From an uncultured delta proteobacterium (GTDB lineage Bacteria > Desulfobacterota > RBG-13-43-22), in the NCBI GenBank assembly GCA_963711835.1, contig CAVQFQ010000021.1, positions 128,001 to 192,000 of the forward strand: a DNA stretch of 64,000 nt. Direction: 5' to 3'. Position numbers and translations under genes: made by a program. Positions 60,370 through 64,000 of this stretch are shown in pieces (position 1 is the first letter of the stretch; each line of letters begins with the position of its first letter). The notes beneath the pieces were generated by a model. That model saw only the letters and a program-made list of their open reading frames with translations. It was not told the origin of the DNA and made no database searches.

Positions 60370-61560
60370 ATGGATCCCATCCGTCAGTTGACCGTCCTCT
60401 CCCTGGAACAGGCTACCGTTTTACCCTATCTGACTTTTCGCCTGGTTCAGGATGGGGTTCAGGTTATCCGCCTCGAACATCCGGTCTTCGGCGACCCGAA
60501 CCGCCTGGTGGGCGATAATGTGCTGCACGAAGAACGGATGAATACCTATTTCATGGCCATCAATGCCGGCAAAAAAGCCCTGACCTTGAACTTAGGGGAG
60601 CCGGAAGGCCGGGAACTTCTAAAAAAACTCCTCTTGCAGTTAAAAGTTGATATTTTCGCCACCAACCAGCTTCCCCGGAATTATTCCAAACTGGGGATAG
60701 ATTATGAAACCCTGCAATCCATCAGACCGGATCTGATCTGGCTGGGGATTACCGGCTTCGGGCCGGACAGCAATGAAGCCGCTTATGACCCCATTCTTCA
60801 GGCCCGCGGCGGGCTGATGGAGTTGACCGGGGAACCGGACGGGGAACCCCAGGTTTTAGGCATCCCCCTGCCTGATATGGGCGCCAGCGAACACGCCTAC
60901 GGCCTGATCATGAAGGCCCTGTACCGGAGGGCGGTAACCGGCCAGGGGTCTCGCCTTGACCTGTCTATGTTTGAAAGCACGGTTTCCTGGTTGACGGTCC
61001 CGATTACCTTGAGCCAATCCTTCGGAAATAAAATTACCCGCCGGGGCAACACCCATGAATTCTTTGCTCCGGTCTCCGTCTTTCCCACCTCGGACGGGTA
61101 TGTCTATATCGCCATGGGCAATGACAAACAATGGGGGACCCTGACCGAAGCTCCAGAGTTCAAAAGCCTGGCAAAGGAAACCTATAAAAAGAACGCCGGC
61201 CGCATTGCCGATGTGAAAAAGCTGAACCGGGACTTGACGGCCATCTTCGGGAAATTCAAAACCACTGAAGTAATTTCCCTGTTTAATAAACTGGGCATTC
61301 CTATTTCAGAGATCAACTCCATGGACCAGGTAGCCAGAGACCCGCTGGTAGCAAAAAATATGCTCAAGGCCAAGGACCCCAAAACCGAGACGGAACTGAC
61401 TCTGGCGCCTGCGCCGAACATGACCGATTATCTGCGATCGGTAAATCAACGGCTTTCTTTCCCGCCACGTTTTGGCGAACAAAATCACGAAATCTACGGA
61501 AAGATTTTGGGTTATAGTGAAGAACAATTAAAGACCTTCAAGGAAAAGGGCATTATTTAA
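60370..61560 (+). CDS. CaiB/BaiF (family III) CoA-transferase
   Basis: NAGKKALTLNL, ITGFG, AYDPILQARGGLM, probable catalytic Asp in PLPD. Confidence 0.92.
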   Translation: MDPIRQLTVLSLEQATVLPYLTFRLVQDGVQVIRLEHPVFGDPNRLVGDNVLHEERMNTYFMAINAGKKALTLNLGEPEGRELLKKLLLQLKVDIFATNQLPRNYSKLGIDYETLQSIRPDLIWLGITGFGPDSNEAAYDPILQARGGLMELTGEPDGEPQVLGIPLPDMGASEHAYGLIMKALYRRAVTGQGSRLDLSMFESTVSWLTVPITLSQSFGNKITRRGNTHEFFAPVSVFPTSDGYVYIAMGNDKQWGTLTEAPEFKSLAKETYKKNAGRIADVKKLNRDLTAIFGKFKTTEVISLFNKLGIPISEINSMDQVARDPLVAKNMLKAKDPKTETELTLAPAPNMTDYLRSVNQRLSFPPRFGEQNHEIYGKILGYSEEQLKTFKEKGII

Positions 61561-61589
61561 CGGATCCCCTTTCCACATATGGAGCGGTT

Positions 61590-61997
61590 ATGACTGCTGA
61601 GAAGAAAAAACGCCCTATCCGGGTCCTTATCGCCAAACCGGGCCTGGATGGGCATGATCGGGGGGCCAAGGTGGTGGCCCATGCCTTACGCGATGCCGGC
61701 ATGGAGGTCATTTACACCGGTCTGCATCAAAGTGTCGAAGGTATCGTCCAGGCCGCCATCCAGGAAGACGTGGATGTGATCGGCCTTTCCATCATGTCCG
61801 GCGCCCATCTTCCCATTTGCCGAAAACTGATGGGACTGCTTTCAGAGAAAGGGTCCTTGGACAAAAAGGTGGTCGTCGGCGGAGTCATCCCTAAACGGGA
61901 TATTCCGGCCCTGAAAGAACTGGGCGTGGCCGGCGTTTTCCCGGGGGGAACCCCTTTTTCAGTTCCCATAGAGTTTATCAAAACAAACATAAAATAA
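61590..61997 (+). CDS. Acyl-CoA mutase cobalamin-binding small subunit
   Basis: KPGLDGHDRGAK, GLS and GG motifs. Confidence 0.95.
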   Translation: MTAEKKKRPIRVLIAKPGLDGHDRGAKVVAHALRDAGMEVIYTGLHQSVEGIVQAAIQEDVDVIGLSIMSGAHLPICRKLMGLLSEKGSLDKKVVVGGVIPKRDIPALKELGVAGVFPGGTPFSVPIEFIKTNIK

Positions 61998-61998
61998 G

Positions 61999-62088
61999 GG
62001 TTCAAGGCTTAAGACGCATGGCACAAGGAAAAGCTTGAAAAAGGATTCACCCTTTCTGCCTTGAACCTTATGCCCTGCACCTTGCGCC
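61999..62088. repeat. Inverted heptamer-type repeat pair
   Basis: GGTTCAAGG…GGCACAAGG versus CCTTGAACC…CCTTGCGCC. Confidence 0.55.
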
Positions 62089-62106
62089 GGTATTTTAGGA
62101 GATACC

Positions 62107-63735
62107 ATGGGAGTAGCCAAATACACCAAAGACAAAAAAGACGGGATCCAGGAGGTAACTCTCCAGTCAGGGATCAGGGTCAAGCCGCTCTATACGCCCC
62201 AAGACCTGGCTGATAGCGGCTTTGATTATCAGCAAGACCTGGCCGACCCCGGCCAATACCCCTTTACCCGGGGCATACATCCCCTGGGTTATCGCAGCCG
62301 GGCCTGGACCACCCGACAGTACACCGGCTTCGGCACACCGGCCGAAACCAATGAACGCTTCAAACTGATGATCGCCCACGGCCAGACCGGTTTGAATGTG
62401 GCTTTTGATCTTCCTACCCAGATGGGGCTAGACTCCGACGACCCCCTGGCCGAAGGGGAAGTGGGCCGGGTGGGCATGGCCGTCGATTCCCTGCGGGATT
62501 TTGAAATCGCCTTCAAAGATATCCAGCTTGATAAGATCGGGGTCGGGTTAACCATCAACGCCGTGGCGTCCATCATGCTGGCCATGTATCAGGCCATGGC
62601 CGAGAAAATCGGTTATACCAAAGAACAAATCAGTGCTACACCTCAGAACGATATCCTTAAGGAAATGATCGGCCGGGGGGCCTGGATCTTTCCCGTCGAA
62701 CCGGCGGTCCGGCTTATCGGCGACACCATCGAATACTCCATAAAAGAACTTCCCAAGTGCAATCCGGTCAGCGTCTGCGGCTATCATATCCGGGAATCCG
62801 GGGCCACCGCCTCCCAGGAGATCGCTTACGCCATCCTGATTGCCAACGCCTATATTGACGAGGTCGTCGGCCGGGGATATACCGTCGAAGATTTCGTGGG
62901 TCGCTTCTCCTTTAACATAAACATCTTCGGCAATCTCTGGGAACAGGTGGCCAAGTTCCGGGCCGCCCGCAAACTCTGGGCCGTAAACCTGAGGGAAAAG
63001 TACGGCGTCCGAAAGACAAGAACCTCTATTTCCGGGGTCTTTTCGGCGGCGGGGGCTACGGCTTGACCAAAGCCCAACCGGAAAACAACATCATCCGGGG
63101 CGCCTATTATGCCCTGGCCGCGGCCTTGGGCGGAGCCCAGACCACGGCCCTGTGCTCTTTCGATGAAGCCTACACCATCCCCACCCCGCGGGCCGCCCTG
63201 CTCTCCCTGCGGACCCTCGAGCTTCTTATGGAGGAAGTAGGCTTGCGGGATACGGTGGATCCCCTGGCCGGATCCTACTTCATTGAAACCCTGACCAAAG
63301 AGATGGAAAATAAAATCAAGGAAGAGATGAAAGAGGTTGAGGGATTCGGCGGCATCGTTCAGGCCGTGGGCCAGGGCTACCATCCAGAAAAAAGTTTCCC
63401 GCCAGGCCTATGAGTTTGAGAAAGGCCTCCAGGAGGGTGAATTGATCAAAGTCGGGGTCAATAAATATGTGGAAGGCGAAGAAGAAGACGTCGACCTCCA
63501 TGAATACCGGGAAGAATCGGCTGAAGAAAAAATCAGAGACTTGAAGGCCTTGCGCCGGGAGCGCTCCTCCCAGGAAGTGACTCGCACCCTCAAGGCCCTG
63601 GAGACCGCGGTCAAGGAAAAGAAAAACGTCATGCCGCTTCTGGTTGATTGCTGCAAGGCCTACTGCACGGTTGGAGAGATGACCCGGGTCTTCAAGGACA
63701 GTTACGGGGAGTTTGAAGAGCCCGGGTTGTTCTGA
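62107..63735 (+). CDS. Methylmalonyl-CoA mutase-family large subunit (two frameshifts, ~63013 and ~63381)
   Basis: PGQYPFTRG, RQYTGF, AFDLPTQMG, QNDILKE, YHIRESG and DPLAGSY motifs; three ORFs join on single-base corrections. Confidence 0.88.
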
Positions 63736-63770
63736 AACCGGAAGGAATGAAAGTTCAGTTTGGAGGAAAA

Positions 63771-64000
63771 ATGGCAGATAGGGATTACCGGCTAGGCTGT
63801 GACATCGGCGGCACCTTTACCGACTTTGTCCTGCTTAACGATCAGACCGGGGAGATAAAGACCGGCAAGTGCCTGACCACCCCCCAGGACCCCTCGGATG
63901 CCGTTGAAGAGGGGATACGGGTGCTGGAAGCGACCACGCCGGACTTTGTCGGCCAAGCTGGATGAGCTGATTCATGGAACGACCCTCGTCATCAATTCCA
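63771..64000 (+). CDS. Hydantoinase A/5-oxoprolinase-family subunit (partial; frameshift ~63955)
   Basis: GCDIGGTFTD, then in the shifted frame LIHGTTLVINS. Confidence 0.88.

Noticed and set aside
62107-64000. Frameshifts in the mutase (two) and hydantoinase, also at ~18090, as programmed recoding
   Set aside because: These are scattered single-base indels without slippery heptamers, and the protein motifs are otherwise intact. Assembly errors are most likely; reads are needed to exclude pseudogenisation.

Overview
This is a 64 kb chromosomal window from a sulfate/sulfite-reducing Desulfobacterota-like bacterium. (1) 1-918 holds tpiA (partial), secG and tRNA-Leu(GAG). (2) About 920-7650 is an accessory island with three intact type II toxin-antitoxin pairs and a truncated fourth toxin. 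These are interleaved with four decayed copies of the 5' end of one NERD-domain gene, plus stubs of a REP-associated tyrosine transposase, an HNH-type nuclease, ORF6N and DUF6569-like genes. (3) Next come gap, a 1406-aa dikinase lacking the pyruvate-binding barrel, and a convergent divergent gap paralogue. (4) A contiguous reductive-type dsrABDNCTMKJOP cluster is preceded by an uncharacterised block: YcaO-TPR, YkgJ-type Cys-cluster protein, hypothetical, TPR and a kinase-like hypothetical. (5) Housekeeping genes follow (gpmA, pgi, rarA, liv, fusA, ettA), with an NtrBC-like two-component pair followed by a sigma54 promoter driving a probable ~65-nt sRNA. (6) The window ends with a CoA-transferase / B12 mutase / hydantoinase-oxoprolinase catabolic operon. 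Two copies of a ~310-335 bp nested inverted-repeat element occur in intergenic DNA. Several single-base frameshifts look like assembly errors. No CRISPR array or rRNA was seen. All calls are by eye; no searches were run.
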